The notes under the pieces were generated by a model. The model searched no databases and was not told the DNA's origin. It was given only the letters and a program-made list of their open reading frames with translations. From Okamejei kenojei (Eukaryota), in assembly GCA_035221665.1 (NCBI GenBank), contig CM069133.1, forward strand, positions 78,430,001-78,494,000: DNA of 64,000 nt, in the 5' to 3' direction. This document shows, piece by piece, positions 1 to 13,055 of this stretch; position 1 is the first letter of the stretch, and every line of letters begins with the position of its first letter. The position numbers were made by a program, and so were the translations under genes.

Positions 1-16
1 GTCCCACTTAGTCTAG
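1..16 (+). mobile_element. 3' terminus of a non-autonomous Helitron (rest lies upstream of the window)
   Basis: GTCCCACTTAGTCTAG|T, identical to the 3' ends at 9833 and 10641 (CTAG end followed by target T). Confidence 0.7.
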
Positions 17-176
17 TAGGTTATATATTCTCCAACATGTTTTCACATGTTGAAGGGTTGCTGCATGGGTGGAAATGTCTTGGTGTAAATGTTGCAGATA
101 TCACCACACTTGCTTGGCGCCCTATACTCATGCATTTCCTGGGTGGGAAAGACCAAGATTTAAAGCTGCAGGTTAA

Positions 177-387
177 AGGGCCTGTCCCACTTTCACAACC
201 TAATTTGCCCTTGACTCATACTCGCAGCATGGTCGTCACGAGGTTGTAGAAGGTCGTAGGTAGGTCGTGGCAGGCCATGATGCTAGTCGTAGGTACTCGT
301 GGGTCGGGGCGTTTTTTTCTAGCATGATGAAAAATGTCCATGGGTAAAAATGGTTGTGAATTCGGTCATGAAAGTAGGACAGGCCCT
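177..387. mobile_element. PIF/Harbinger-type MITE
   Basis: TIRs AGGGCCTGTCCCACTTT ... AAAGTAGGACAGGCCCT, flanked by TAA on both sides (174-176, 388-390). Confidence 0.75.
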
Positions 388-1039
388 TAATTCTCTGGGG
401 AAGCACTTAACATGTTGCCTTCCCTCATTCGAATTCCTTGGTCAGTATTTGTTGAGAACATCCATGACTCTGCTGACACTGATCCTAATACATTTTACTC
501 CTGTTTCCTCTCCTATTTCTGCTCATGTTTCTGTGAGATTATTATGACTTTGATGCCCTTCACCTGATCCTTTGATCCTATCGTCATAAAATATTTCTCA
601 GGAGCAATGCACAACAAAATCTTTTTTTCTCTGCACCTGCTCTCTTCGAAAAAAAATCTTATTCTAGTTCTATTGTTCCATTGTTTCCAGCTGTTCCCCC
701 ATTTCTAACCACCAATTCTCTAAAGTGCTGAGATATGCTATCATCATGCAAGTGCTTGCCCATCTTTTTTGCATGTTGGTGTATCTTATCTCCTTCCTCT
801 CCTTAATGAGTAAAATTCATGCCACAGTCAAAAAAAGGTTATCAGTCAACAATGTTCTAAAAACAACAACTATAGACCAAAGGAGTGAACTTGGCTCGTG
901 GCATTGATCATGGATCAAACCATTCTTCTGCAATGGATGCTTGCCTGAATCTCAAATTTAATCCATCTGTTAGTTATCATGTTGCTATGAATAGCACATC
1001 AATGTTGACTGGAATATCAGCAGTTGAAGGAAGCATCTC

Positions 1040-1555
1040 ATAGAAACATAGAAACATAGAAAATTTGGTGCAGGAGGAGGCCATTTGGCCCTTCGAGCCT
1101 GCACCGCCATTCATTGTGATCATGGCTGATCATCCACAATCAGTAACCCATGCCTGCCTTCTCCCCATATCCCTTGATTCTGCTAGCCCCTAGAGCTCTA
1201 TCTAACTCTTATAAATGAATCCAGTGAATTGGCCTCTACTGCCTTCTGTGGCAGAGAATTCCACAAATTCACAACTCTCTGGGTGAAAAAGTTTGTTCTC
1301 ATTTCAGTTTTAAATAGCCTTCCCTTTATTCTTAGACTGTGGTGCCTGGTTCTGGACTCTCCCATCATTGGGAAATTCTTTCCTGCATCTAGCTTCTCCA
1401 GTCCTTTTATAATTTTACACCTTTCTATAAGATCCCCTCTCATCCTTCTAAATTCCAGTCAATACAAGTCCAGTCTTTCCTATCTTTCCTGATATGACAG
1501 TCCCGCCATCCCGGGGATTAACCTCGTGAACCCACGCTGCACTGCCTCAATAGCA
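1040..1555 (-). mobile_element. CR1-clade LINE 3' fragment
   Basis: ORF 1198-1443 reads RGDLIE..KI.KG...TRHHSLRI...FFTQRVVNLWNSLP (CR1 ORF2 C-terminus); (TTCTATGT)n tail at the left end. Confidence 0.9.
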
Positions 1556-1627
1556 TTTTTTTATATTTCTGTCTAGTTTCCCCTCAGCCTCTTGACACTC
1601 CTCAGAGTTTGTCTAACTTGTCCTTAT

Positions 1628-2008
1628 AGGCAATACCCACTAATCCAGACAGCATTCTGTAGCAATGTTATAAAATTTTGAGATTTAAAAAATCAAGTCT
1701 GCAATTTATCCCATCAGATAAAGCATAAAAAGAAGTTTAATTTGACATGTAATCACTTTCATATCTTCAGTACTAAAAAGGTTATGGCCATTTTCATACT
1801 CGGAAATTAGCATCTTGTTCCCTATTGCTTTTCCATTGTCTTAACACAATAACCTGCGATCGAGGACAGTCAAAAGCCCATAACTTTCTTAAAAATTAAG
1901 AGAACTGAAAGAATTTTTCAGTTATTATAGATTGAAGCATTCTGAAACAAATATGAAACAATCTTACTTGGATTACTTAAATTAAAACATATAATTAGTT
2001 GGTTACCT
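1628..2008. mobile_element. possible non-autonomous DNA transposon remnant
   Basis: Imperfect inverted termini AGGCAATACCCACTAAT / ATTAGTTGGTTACCT around an AT-rich interior; no clear TSD. Confidence 0.3.
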
Positions 2009-2299
2009 CATCTCAAGGTCTAGCCTTCTTTGCTAGGTTAGGGCAGCAGAGGGCGAAGGAATTTTTGGTTCCTGCACATCCTGGTTTAGATAATGACAGC
2101 ACTGAACAATGTGTGAGCTGGTCTTGTAGATACTTGCACACATTATTGTCATCCACATGGACAGGTGAAATAATCCTGCATGAAATAACGCACCCTGATG
2201 ACCAAATTTCACGTGACATTTTGTACAAATACTGGGTCATTTGCTTTGAAATTATCCCTGACATCAGGTTGTTCCTTTTGCCTCATCGATTGTGAATCT

Positions 2300-2990
2300 G
2301 TTTTACGTGGATGTTGCCAGGACTCGATCAGGTAGAGATCCACAGTCTCTTTCCCAGAGTAGGGGAAACGAGGACCATGTTATTGGAAATATGTTGTTAG
2401 CTGGAAAGGATACAGAGAACATTTACGAGGATGTTGGCAGAAATCTTGGGCATGAGCTATAGGAAGAGGTTGAGCAGGCCAGGACTTTATTCCTTGGAGG
2501 AGGATGGGATAAGGGGTGATCTTATAAAGGTGTACAAAATCATGAGTGGAATGGATTGGGTAGAGTACCCTGCCCAGTGTAGGGGAATTGAAAGCCAGAG
2601 GACATATGTTTATGGTGAAGGGGAAAAGATTTAATAGGAACTAGACCAAGTCAGACCCGTTGGACTCCGTCCCCCAACACGGAATTAACCAGATTGACAC
2701 ACACACACAGACACACAGACACAAAGACAAAGACCTTTAGTTATATAGAGATAGAATACATTTTTCACACAAAGGGTGGTCGGTGTATGAATCGAGCTAC
2801 CAGAGGAGGTAGTTGAGGCAGGGACAATTGCAATGGTTTAAGAAACAGTTAGACAGGTACATGGACAGGACAGGTTTGGAGGGATATGGGCCAAATGCAG
2901 AATAGCCGGGACTAGTGTAGCCAGGACTTGTTGGTCGGTGTGGATATGTTGGGCCGAAGGGCCTATTTCCATGCTGTATGACTGTGACTC
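2300..2990 (+). mobile_element. degenerate CR1 LINE 3' fragments
   Basis: ORF 2431-2634 SYRKRL..GLYSLE...RGDLIKVYKIM; typical 3' UTR GGGCCGAAGGGCCT.TTTCC.TGCTGTA. Confidence 0.8.
2641..2751 (-). mobile_element. 111-bp mini Helitron inserted in a CR1 fragment
   Basis: Minus strand reads A|TCTCTATATAACTAAAG ... CCAACGGGTCTGACTTGGTCTAG|T: TC start, CTAG end, A|T target, termini shared with the 8428 and 9944 elements; interior mostly (GT)n. Confidence 0.75.
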
Positions 2991-4719
2991 TAAATACGCA
3001 ATTGCCTTTATTAAATCCAAATGTATTCTGACGTCTGCCTATCAGAATCTCAGTGGTTGCCTATCTTATAGTTATAGTATTCTGGTGACAAAATAAAACC
3101 TGTACACGTTTTTGTTGCAATTTTGCATTTTTTCATCTTGTCTCAGTGCATCATTCAGTTCTGCTAAGATGTTTGACATTTTCTGGAGCCATGCTTAACT
3201 TCTTTCTCTCTGAGGGATCAGCAATATGAAGTTGTTTCCATTATCCATCATGCGTACTCTGCAGGGTCAAGTGCCCTTTGAATATTATCCTTAACACGGT
3301 AATCATCATCTGAGCTACAGAGGTAGTGACTGCTTCTGTCCACTTTGGATATGCATCTTCTTTGATCAACACATTTTCCACAAATGGACCTGCAAAATCC
3401 CTATTTATCTGTGATTGGATCACAGGGCCATGTGTTGAGGGAAGCTGCTGGAAAATTCTTGCAATACTCTTGACATTATTGACATTCCTTTACAAATGTC
3501 TACCAACTGCCTCATCTATTGCAAGCCTCTAGATAAAATGTCTGGCATTTGCTTGACATTTGATACATTAAATGTGTTTCAGACTGCGCTTCCTTATGTT
3601 TGACCAGCATTTCCGGATCTGTAAAGAACCCACACTATACTGGGCTGTTGTCCTCTATCTTTTTGTACATCGAGGTAATAATCTTCAAATCTCACATTGG
3701 CCTTCACACCAATGCGGAGTTGTTTTCCACGCACGAGGGGATAATGTCACATCTCATTGTGGTAGCAAAGTGTTGTTACTGGAATATTGCCCTTGTGTTG
3801 ATGACTCAATCCCCATGGTATTGGTGCTTCACATGAAGGTGCATCAACTAACAGTCATCTCAGTCCCTTCATATTCCCATGATGCTCTCAGCTCTTGTAT
3901 TCCCGAGTATTGTTGTGTGAGTCAATGTTAATACCTCCACCTGTATCTAATTGAAGTTATTGCTGAGCCGGATGACTCCTTGAGCTCCACTGTACCATCT
4001 GTCTACTGCTGCTTCAATTCCAACGGGTACATCACCAGTAATCAAGTAACTGAAACTGTTTGCATTGGAAATGTCCTTCCTTCAATGTGAGCTGAGTACA
4101 ACAAGGTTCAGTAGAGCTTCACCTCAATATTACCAGTCCATACGATCTGTGTGATCATTCTAGCTCACCACCTTTTTGACCTGTGATACTCTTCTTCCCA
4201 ATAGGCTTCAGACTGTTCAGTCACTTGAGTTTACCATTACTTTTGTTTTATTTTCCGATGAGTGGAATTAGGTGCTTAATACAGAGGGTGTTGATCCAGG
4301 AAAGGATGCTGACTTTAGTTTCCTTTTACTACTAATTGATAAGTTTGACACATACACATTATTATAAGGAGTCATCATTTTGCAAGATTATTATTTCTCC
4401 AGAGATGCTGCCTGACACACTGAGTTACTCCAGCAGTTTGTCTTTTCCTCTCATCTGCATTGCTTCTCTGCTCCTGAGGAAATTAGTAATGGACTGAATC
4501 TCAATTCTACTTATGGAAATGAAGGGATCTAGTTCAAGCAGTATCAGTTACAGGAACTTTATTTGTTGACCAGTATTGACTGCTTCTTGCCTGCGGATTA
4601 ATTTTAAAATCATTGATTTTCCAGTTGATTTCTTTTAGTAAAATAAATATTTTCGAGGTAGTTAAATCCCTTGGGTTGGATATATATTTTTGGAGACACC
4701 GCATTTTTCACAACTTAAG

Positions 4720-5005
4720 AACTTCCCAAAGTGTTTTACACTCCAAGTAGTTTTTGAAGTGTAATCACTGTTATACTGTAGAAAGTTCAGTGACCAATAT
4801 GCACACAGCCTGCTGTGATAATGAAAAGACAATCAGTAATAATGAAGTTTGAAATGTAATTAATTGGACATTTCCTACGTTTTTCCTCGAAATCTCGTCT
4901 TGGGTTCCTTTATATCCCTGAGAGAGTGAATGGGGCCTTGACGTAAGGTAAAGTGCAAAATGTGATATGTCTGACATTGCAGCAGTCCCTCAGCGCTGCA
5001 GTACT
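4720..5005 (-). mobile_element. old Deu-domain SINE (SacSINE1/AmnSINE-like); related remnants near 15760-15960, 33270-33447 and 52320-52470
   Basis: Recognisable motifs CCCAAAG.G.TTTAC, TTTTGAAGTGTA.TCACTG and GACA.TGCAGCA.TCCCTCAG..CTGCA; family assignment from recall, not from an alignment. Confidence 0.55.
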
Positions 5006-5496
5006 CTCCATCTTAGAAAATGGAGAGACCTCACGGTTCTCCAATATGGAGACAAACAGCCAACAGATAACAATCAATGTTGGTGGTATTCCAATTGTAG
5101 ACACATCAGAGACTACAGATGCAGGAATCGGAGGATAAAACAAAGTGCTGGAGGAACTCATTGGGTCGTAGCATCAGTGAAGAGAAATATAGATGATATT
5201 TTGGTTTAATACTCTTCTTCAGACATGGAGTGGAGGGGAATTAGCTGCTTGAAAGAGGTGAGGGGTAAGGGGTAAGTGATAGGTAGATTCTGGTAAGGTA
5301 GAGTTGATTGAGAGCTGGGTCAGGTGGGGAAGAGAAAGGTGGCGATGATAACCAATGCTGGAGGTGATAAGGAAAGCAGACAAAAGGGTGCAATTTTTAT
5401 AACTAGAACCTCAGCTGCAAAAGATGAACAACAGTGATATTATTAAGGTTCTCTATGAATAGCTATTTTGAACTTGGATCCATCACCTGCTCTTTT

Positions 5497-5776
5497 GGGG
5501 CATTACAGTGGCGCAGTAGTAGAGTAGATTCATGACAGCTCCAGAGACATGGGTTCGATCCTGACCTCGGGTGCTGTTTGTACAGAGTTTCATCATTCTC
5601 CATGTGAATGTGTGGGTCTTCTCTGGCTGCTCTGGTTTCCCCCCACATTCCGAAGATGTTCAGGTTTGTAGGTTAATTTGCTTCCGTAAAAAAAAATGTC
5701 CCTAGTGTGGCGGATAGAACTGGTGTACGGGTTAATGCCGGTCGGCAAGGACTCGGTGGGCCGAAGGGCCTGTTTC
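5497..5776 (+). mobile_element. tRNA-derived SINE (HE1/V-SINE-like)
   Basis: Pol III A box TGGCGCAGTAG, B box GGTTCGATCC, core TGGGT.TTCTC.GG.TGCTC.GGTTTCC.CCCACA, CR1-like tail. Confidence 0.85.
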
Positions 5777-6449
5777 CTTTTTAACTTTTATAATGAACAT
5801 CTAGAAGCGGTAGTTGAGGCAGGTAATATAGCGATGTTTAAGAGACATTTAGACAGGTACGTGGATAGGATAGGTTTAGAGGGACACGTGCCAAATGCAG
5901 GCAGGTAGGACTAGTGTAGATAGAACATGTTGGTCAGTCTGGACAAGATGGACTGAATGTAGATAAGCAGGTGTGTGAAGCAGGACTCCGGAAACTATTC
6001 CTTTTGATACATCTCCTGCAATTCATGAGTCAAAACCCCTTCCAAGTGTCAATCCTGGTGCCACCCTGTGGACTCGAGCTAGCCAGGAGTTTCCACCAAA
6101 GAACCTTTTATCATCTCTTCAACGTCATTGCTTATTACCTTAAACAGTTAATATGGCCTTTGAAAGCAACAAGATGTCTGGACCAGATTTGCAAGGCATC
6201 CAACCTCTCAGCTCAATACAAATGAGATCAGCCTCTGGACTCGATAGGTGTGGATGCTGTGGGGAAGGAAGTCAGATATGCCCACATCTAATCCAAGCGC
6301 AGTCCTTACTCTGTGCACAGAATTGTTACTTTTAAAGGCCATATGTTTATGGCCAACTGTTTAAGATGATAAACAGATACATTTAAGAGCTGCTAAAAGG
6401 GTCTTTGGCAGCAGATGTTTTCTCAATCGGTGGTGGCCAGTGCCATCTT

Positions 6450-8000
6450 CTACATTGTTGTGTGCAACCTCATTGCAGTCGTCAATCTAACAGAGAAAGT
6501 GTTGGGGGACAGTGCCAGTATAGGCTTGGAACAAGGGCTGTACAACATAACAGCCAAAAAGACCGGCATAGCTGAACCCATGTGAGTGCCCATGGCTATA
6601 CCTTTAACTTGGAAAAAAATAGAAACATAGAAAATAGGTGCAGGAGTAGGCCATTCGGTCCTTCGAGCCTGCACTGCCATTCAATATGATCATGGCTGAT
6701 CATCCAACTCAGTATCTCTTACCTGCCTTCTCTCCATACCCCCAGATCCCTTTAGCCACAAGAGCCACATCTAACTCCTTCTTAAATATAGCCAATGAAC
6801 TGGCCTCAACTACCTTCTGTGGCAGAGAATTCCACAGATTCACCACTCTCTGTGTGAAAAATGTTTTTCTCATCTCGGTCCTAAAAGATTTCCCCCTTAT
6901 CCTTAAACTGTGACCCCTGGACTTCCCCAACATCGGGAACAATCGAGAAAGTGAGACGAGTCAAAAGAGAAGTTGTTGAGGGTGAGGATTAGTTCCGCTA
7001 AGCGGAAGAGAGTGTTAATAGAGCAAAATTAATTGGTTCTCTATTCAACGAAGAACAGGAGGGCCTTAAGGCCTTCCTGGTGGGGATGGAGGTATGGAAG
7101 CACTGGACGTCCATGGTAAAGTTGAGGCAATGGGGGCCTAGAAATTAAAGCTATTGAAGAGTTGAAGGGTGTGTGAGTTGTCTCGGATGTAGGTCTGAAG
7201 GGAATGGACAAAGAGGTATAAGATGGAATCAAGATATGTGCAGATGATTTCAGTGAGCAGGAGCAGGCAGAAACAATGGGTCTGCCAGGAAAGTCTGTAG
7301 ATTTTGGGAGGAGATAGCATCAAACCGAGCAGGCTGGTGAATGATAAGGTTGAAGGCACTGGAGGGTAGATCACCAGAGGGTAATGAGATCAGCAACAAT
7401 CAAGGAGAGGAAGACTTGGTGAACCATTGTCAAGGGGTAGGTGTGAGGAAGTGTCTGAGAGCTGGCGCCTGACCTTTGGCACGGTAGAAGTCAGTCTGCT
7501 AGACTATCAACGTCACCTCAATTGTCTGTGTGTTTATTGATATTATTAATGTTGGGATTGTTGCTGAGTGGGCAGAGGGGTGCATGTGGAGGAGGTAAGG
7601 GGAGTCAAGACCTTTGATGTCGCACTAGCAGTAGGAATATTGATGGACTCAGCAGAGAATAAAGTAAGTTGAGGTGCATTGCCAGTCTGGGTGAGTGAAG
7701 GCCAGAGCTGCGGGAGAGTCAGAATGAGGGCTTGCTGGTGACAGCGCATGGCAACCAGTGTGGAACGCAGGATATGGAAGGAGAACTGTTGCGAGAAGCA
7801 GTGCTTTGAGTGTAGTACCTGAAAACCTGGTTGTGTCCGAACTGGCATATCCACAAGTGGATTTGGTGCAGAATAAAATAAAGTTGAGGTCCATTGCAGG
7901 TGCGGGTAAGGCCTGGAGCTGCGGGAGAATCAGAACTGGTGGTTTTTGCTGGTGCCAATGCATGCGTGGTGTCCAGGTCAGAACAAACTGACCTGTGCAC
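6450..8000 (-). mobile_element. Penelope-like element relic (N-terminal region and RT), interrupted by CR1
   Basis: Translations FQVKGIAMGTHMG, HQEGLKAL and FS.HILRSTLVAMR; homologous to the 17.8-19.7 kb element. Confidence 0.75.
6620..6944 (-). mobile_element. young CR1 3' fragment nested in the Penelope relic
   Basis: ORF 6709-6942 FFTQRVVNLWNSLPQKVVEA; TTCTATGT tail. Confidence 0.9.
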
Positions 8001-8427
8001 CACACATGGCTGCTGCTTTGCTGCAGAGCTGTTGGTTATCCAGCAGCATGGTCCAGCCTGCTGTTCTTCCTGTTTGTAATATCATCTCCCTTTCAATGCA
8101 TTTCAATGTTTTTGCTCTTTCCAGCAATTTAGCTGCTAATTTTGGAGATGATGTCCCAGGATGAAAGTGGGCAATTAAAGCCTGCAGAGTGAACAAAGGA
8201 AGAATGTTTCTACGCTGCTTTTCATCCCAGCATTTTACTGACATATCGTTGTGTTGCTTCTGCACAGGTTATGCGAATCTGAGCAGTAAAAGAATATGTC
8301 CAACACCAAGTCTGTGATTCACTTCTTATTCACTGATCAAAAATCCTGTACATCTGGATTCAGTCATCCACAGGAAGTGTGATCAGCAGAGCAGCACTAA
8401 AACATGGGAAACTTCTCAAACAAGTAA

Positions 8428-9833
8428 TCTACCTATACATAACTAAAACTCTGATCTTGTGCTCTACCGGTTTGCGGGGTTTTCCTATTCAAAAACGGTA
8501 CGCGATAATGCTACGATTTTTTGCCAGGCAATTCACCGTTCTCCTGTGCTGCGAGTGCAACACGTTCTGTTCAGATGGGTGGTATATTGTAAAAGTTATC
8601 AAGGTTTAAAAATTTTAAAGAACGCACGTGCGCAGATTCCTTCAGTCAGCGTCACGCAGATTGGTCTCTTCTCCTGTCAGTCAAAGCCACGGCCAGGATG
8701 GTGATGCCCCTTCCTGCCCCACCAGTGGCGGCCTGTCCCACCTCATCACAAACTCCTCTCTCCCCTCCTCACAGTAACTTGTCTATTGTCTCCCCCACCA
8801 CCGACGACGGCCATGGGGTGGGGGGGGGGGGGGGCGTTCAGTGGAGGCCCAGTGGAGGCCCTGGTCCCGTCTCTCTCCCCCTCATCACCCACCCCTCACC
8901 CCCGTCTGCCCTCTGAGGCAATGGCGGTCCCGTCTACCCGTCCCTCCGGGTCCGTCTCCTCTGCCACCGCCGTTGCGGTAATTCACCCTCACAGCCTTCT
9001 TGGAGGAAATCTCCACCAGCTCATCAAAACACATGGTGCCCACCGTGAGGAACACTGACTCCTTCCACCCACCATGATCCGGTGGCGGCAGTGAGCAGGC
9101 AGGCAGGGGACGGGCTGAGTATCAGCTGAGCTGGAGTGGCAGAGGGAGGGAGGGGGAGACAGTTGCAGGGTGGCCGAGTTTGAGTAACTCCCACACACAC
9201 ACACGATGCAAACTGGTTCAATCATCAAGTCAACGGGATCTAAACCCCAGCTAACAATGAATGACCTGTGGAGGAAGGAACTGCAGATGCTGCTTTTTAT
9301 GACTGGAGCGAGGGAGAGAGGGAGTGACTGAGGGTAGGGAAAAGGAGAGGACGGGAGAGGTGAGGGAGCGATTGGGGAGGAGAAACATGCTAGGAAGGTG
9401 TGGAGGGAGAGTGGGGGATTGAGGGGAAATAGAGGGAGAGGAGGACAGTGGGGGAGGTCAGGAGGGTTAGTGGGGAGGATGGGGGAGGTGAGGAGGGGGG
9501 GTAGGGAGGGGAGAGGAGTTATGGAGGGATGAAGTGAGTGACTGAGGGTAGGGGAAAGGAGAGGGAGGAAGAGGTGAGGGAGGGATAGGAGGAGGGGAGG
9601 AGGGGAGGAGGAGAGGGGAATGAAGAGGGAGGGTGAAGAGAGTGCCGGGGGACAAGGGGAAATGAGCCGTGCCTGCACAGTTGGGCGCTGGGTGAGTGGT
9701 GCAATATCACGTTGGGGGGACGGATTGCAATGGGGGAACGGGTGAGTGGTGGAATATTGCATTGGGGAGTGGGTTGCGTTGGGGAACCAGGCCTCCCATG
9801 CGACAGGGGCCCAACGGGTCCCACTTAGTCTAG
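8428..9833 (+). mobile_element. non-autonomous Helitron (1.4 kb, GA-rich low-complexity interior)
   Basis: A|TCTACCTATACATAACTAAAA start; subterminal hairpin GGGGCCC-AAC-GGGTCCC (9806-9822) ending 11 nt before the terminus; CTAG|T end; no TSD. Confidence 0.8.
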
Positions 9834-9943
9834 TAGCCTTTAAATCCAATGAGATCTCCCCTTTCAAGACCAATTCTATCTTTCCACTTTACCCACCCAG
9901 TAATACGACTGCTTGCCTTTTTTGCCCATTTTCCATGCATAAA

Positions 9944-10641
9944 TCTATATAACTAAAAGTTTCATCTTAACCACTTCCTGCCTGCACTGCATATAGATTT
10001 TAGAAAAAACACTACCATGTATCACTATGATTTTTGGCCATCTTACTCACAGTCCTCCTCCGCTGAGGCAGCCCCGAGGGTTTTTCTGATCGATGAAAAA
10101 TAAAAAGTTATGAGTGTTTAAAAAATCTTGAGATCAGCTGATTGGTCCTCTCGGCTGTCAATCACCACGATGAAGGTAACGCCCCTTCGAGGGGGGCAGG
10201 ACTATAAAACCCCAGATGCCTGGACATGAGTCAGTCACTCTGGAAGATCGTGAGGAAGAGTCCACAACTGTTATTCTAAGCTGTAAATCAACTGGACTGT
10301 GAGTCTGCAATGTAATTACAATACATGATTTGTTAGCCTTTAATGACAATGCAATGAATTGTTTGGCAATTTGGTGGCCTGCACTCTGCTTGAAATGCTA
10401 TGAAATTGAATTTTGTGGCCTGCTTGAAATGGAATTTCAAGGAATAGCCGTGAGTGAACTGCCAGCCCACCAGCCCTGAGTAGCTGATCTGCCAGCCCAC
10501 CAGGCCTGTGACTGAGCCATATAATCCATAAGGCCCACAATGTCCATACTAGCCCTCTGGAAACCAGTCCCTTCAGCCCACAACACCCATATCAGTGCTC
10601 CAGAAAGCCCCCCCCCCCCCAATGGGTCCCACTTAGTCTAG
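9944..10641 (+). mobile_element. second non-autonomous Helitron with a different interior
   Basis: A|TCTATATAACTAAAA start; ...CCCAATGGGTCCCACTTAGTCTAG|T end. Confidence 0.8.
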
Positions 10642-11802
10642 TACTTCATAAATTCAAAAGTTCTAGGAGCAGAATTAGGCCATTCGGCCCATAAAGTCTT
10701 CTCCACATTAAATCATGGATGATCTTTCTTTACCTATCAGTCCCCATAACTCTTGACATCCCATACTAATCAAGAATCTGTCAATCACCACATTTAAAGT
10801 AACCATTGTCTTGGCCTCCACAGCTGGCTGTGGCGTAGTTTTATTGTTTAGGAAGGAACTGCAGATGCTGGTTTCCACCGAAGATAGACACAAAATGAGT
10901 CCTTCCATTCCTTCTATCCAGAGATGCTGCCTGTCCTGCTGAGTTACTCCAGCATTTTGTGTCTATCTGCATTGTTTTATTGTACAGGTTCTTTTAAATC
11001 ATAAACTCTCTGGGCCAAAGTTTCTGCTTTAGATTTTCTGCAAATTGGCCCCAAAATATAATTTATGCTTAAAACCTGTAATCTTTTACAGCAGCTATGT
11101 TGATATCAGATGATTTGTGCTGTAGAATAAACTAGGGTGATTGTGTGGAAACCCCAGTCATGTCTAATTATGCTCTAATTCTGAACAGTCTACAACAGAA
11201 ATGGAAATAGTAAATGAATTGCAATCTTTACTTCAGAATCCGACCAGGAAGAGGGGTGTGTGTTTCAGTAAAAGCCAGCAGAAATTGGTTACGACAAATC
11301 TGTACTTGTGAAAGAACTAAATTACAGAACACATATTATCATTAGTATTCTTGTCATTTCAATGGCATGCACATGTCTCAGTGAAACTTAAATACTGTTT
11401 GCAGAGCTATTTCTGACTGACTTAAAATTATGGTCGTAAGGGAGTCAGTCACAGGTACTGTGCAGATCCATCTGTTTCTGGTTCAATGTAACCAATGTTC
11501 AATGTTATATTCATACATAATTTACTGTTAACATACTTTATTTCTGAACCTTGCTCCTGATACTGTCTTTCTCTGTTGGTTTTATTTAAGACATACCTGT
11601 GCTTGATTATACCTGACCCCATTGTGAAATAGGGTCTGCAAGAATAATGCGTTAACAGCCTCCTTGCCAATATACTTTTTTTTGTGTATATGGCTGATGT
11701 AAGATTAGCTTTGGTAATTTAGTGGATTTCACTTCTGGAATCTATCAAAATTCAAATTCTGATTAGAGCAAAGGAAAACCTTGTTGATTTATCATTGGAG
11801 AT

Positions 11803-11890
11803 AACCATATAACCATATAACCATATAACAATTACAGCACGGAAACAGGCCCTCTCGGCCCTTCCAGTCCGTGCCGACCATTTGTTTTCC
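11803..11890 (-). mobile_element. CR1 extreme 3' tail with (ATATGGTT)n repeats
   Basis: (AACCATAT)3 followed by sequence matching the reverse complement of the 54610-54680 tail. Confidence 0.75.
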
Positions 11891-13055
11891 CCTATTAGGG
11901 ATTCCCCTATTTCCCCTATAAGATGATTAGGAGATGGTGTTCACAAGCATGCAAATCTATAAGAGTTAATTAAATGTCTCTTTGCAAATAAAGTAACTCA
12001 TGACTATATTTGAAGCCAAGTCTTTAGAGAGCAAGTATTTTCTTTGTAACTGCTGATGCACAAAAAATGCCATGTACACAAAAAATGTCCATAACCATAC
12101 TTCCCTCAATGAGATTAAGTTGTGGCAGAAGCAAAAGTGTTTTAGTTTGCATGACAGAAGCCAATGACTTTGACCAGTCCAAAACTCACTTTCCTGATTC
12201 AAGAAAAGGCATGTTTGTGCAATGACAGCAAGACTACCTGGGGAAAGAAATGTAAAATCAGCAGGAGCACAGTTGCTCAAAGGTCAAAAATAAAACAAGA
12301 GAAACTCAAGGAAAAAAAATCAATATTTTCTTAAACAGAAACCTAGATTGTGTTACCAATCATACTTTAGTGATTTAGCTGATTGTTTCATGAATGAGCC
12401 TCCTTGCGATATTTAAAAGAAAACAGAGACTTGTATCATTGTGTTTGGCATGAAAAGTGTATGCTTTTATTTCCAATGTTCAAAATAATGGGCAGTGATC
12501 CAAGCTGCTGTGTGAAGTAAGAACAGCGTACTGCCTGTGATGCCATTCCAAAGTGACATTAAGCTCTATCATCTAATCTCTATCAATCTTCACCTTTCCG
12601 AGTGCATATACACAAAGCATCAGTGTATCAATACCCAATGTACTTATATTGAAGACTTGCCTTTCAACACAGATGATTTTGCTTGAACGATCAATCTTGT
12701 GTTGAAAAGGAAATGCTTCATATGTTTCTTGTATATAGTTCATGTTTATAAAATTTACAGGGCTGAGCATGGAAAATTTGATTGGCTAGAACTGAGTGGA
12801 ATTACAATTATATAAGTAATCTTAGTACAAAGCAAAGATTAAGATTCCCCTCCTCAGTACATATTGGCTTTGGCAATTCATAAATTTTTGCTAGTGTGTA
12901 GGATAGTGCTAGTGTATGGGGTGAACGCTGGTTGGCATGGACTCAATGGGCCAAACGGCCTGTTTCCACACTGTATCTCTCAAGTTCAGATGTGGCACAG
13001 GGAAGATAGGGGCAGAAACAAAAGGTGGAAAGTGGGGGTGGGGTTTGATTAGTTA

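Larger units (their letters stand above)
2010..4370 (-). pseudogene. highly decayed Gypsy/Ty3 pol relic (integrase and upstream pol), interrupted by CR1/Helitron at ~2300-2990
   Basis: ORF 3241-3423 DFAGPF..LIKEDAYPKW.E.....LRIIF, then a DNG-like motif in another frame (integrase core); C..CQ of the zinc finger near 3560-3575; ORF 2013-2264 W..G.V.......V......DQL resembles the integrase C-terminal module. Confidence 0.65.

Noticed and set aside
5497-5570. tRNA genes (also at 13300, 20940, 38908, 56090)
   Set aside because: A and B boxes are SINE heads followed by the SINE core and tail; no complete cloverleaf.
7650-7965. ~100-bp degenerate direct repeat as LTR pair
   Set aside because: Lies within the Penelope N-terminal relic, with no TG..CA ends or TSD; an internal duplication.
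8989-9873. 294-aa Pro/Leu/Ser-rich ORF
   Set aside because: It is the antisense of a GA-rich low-complexity tract inside a Helitron; stop codons are absent for compositional reasons.
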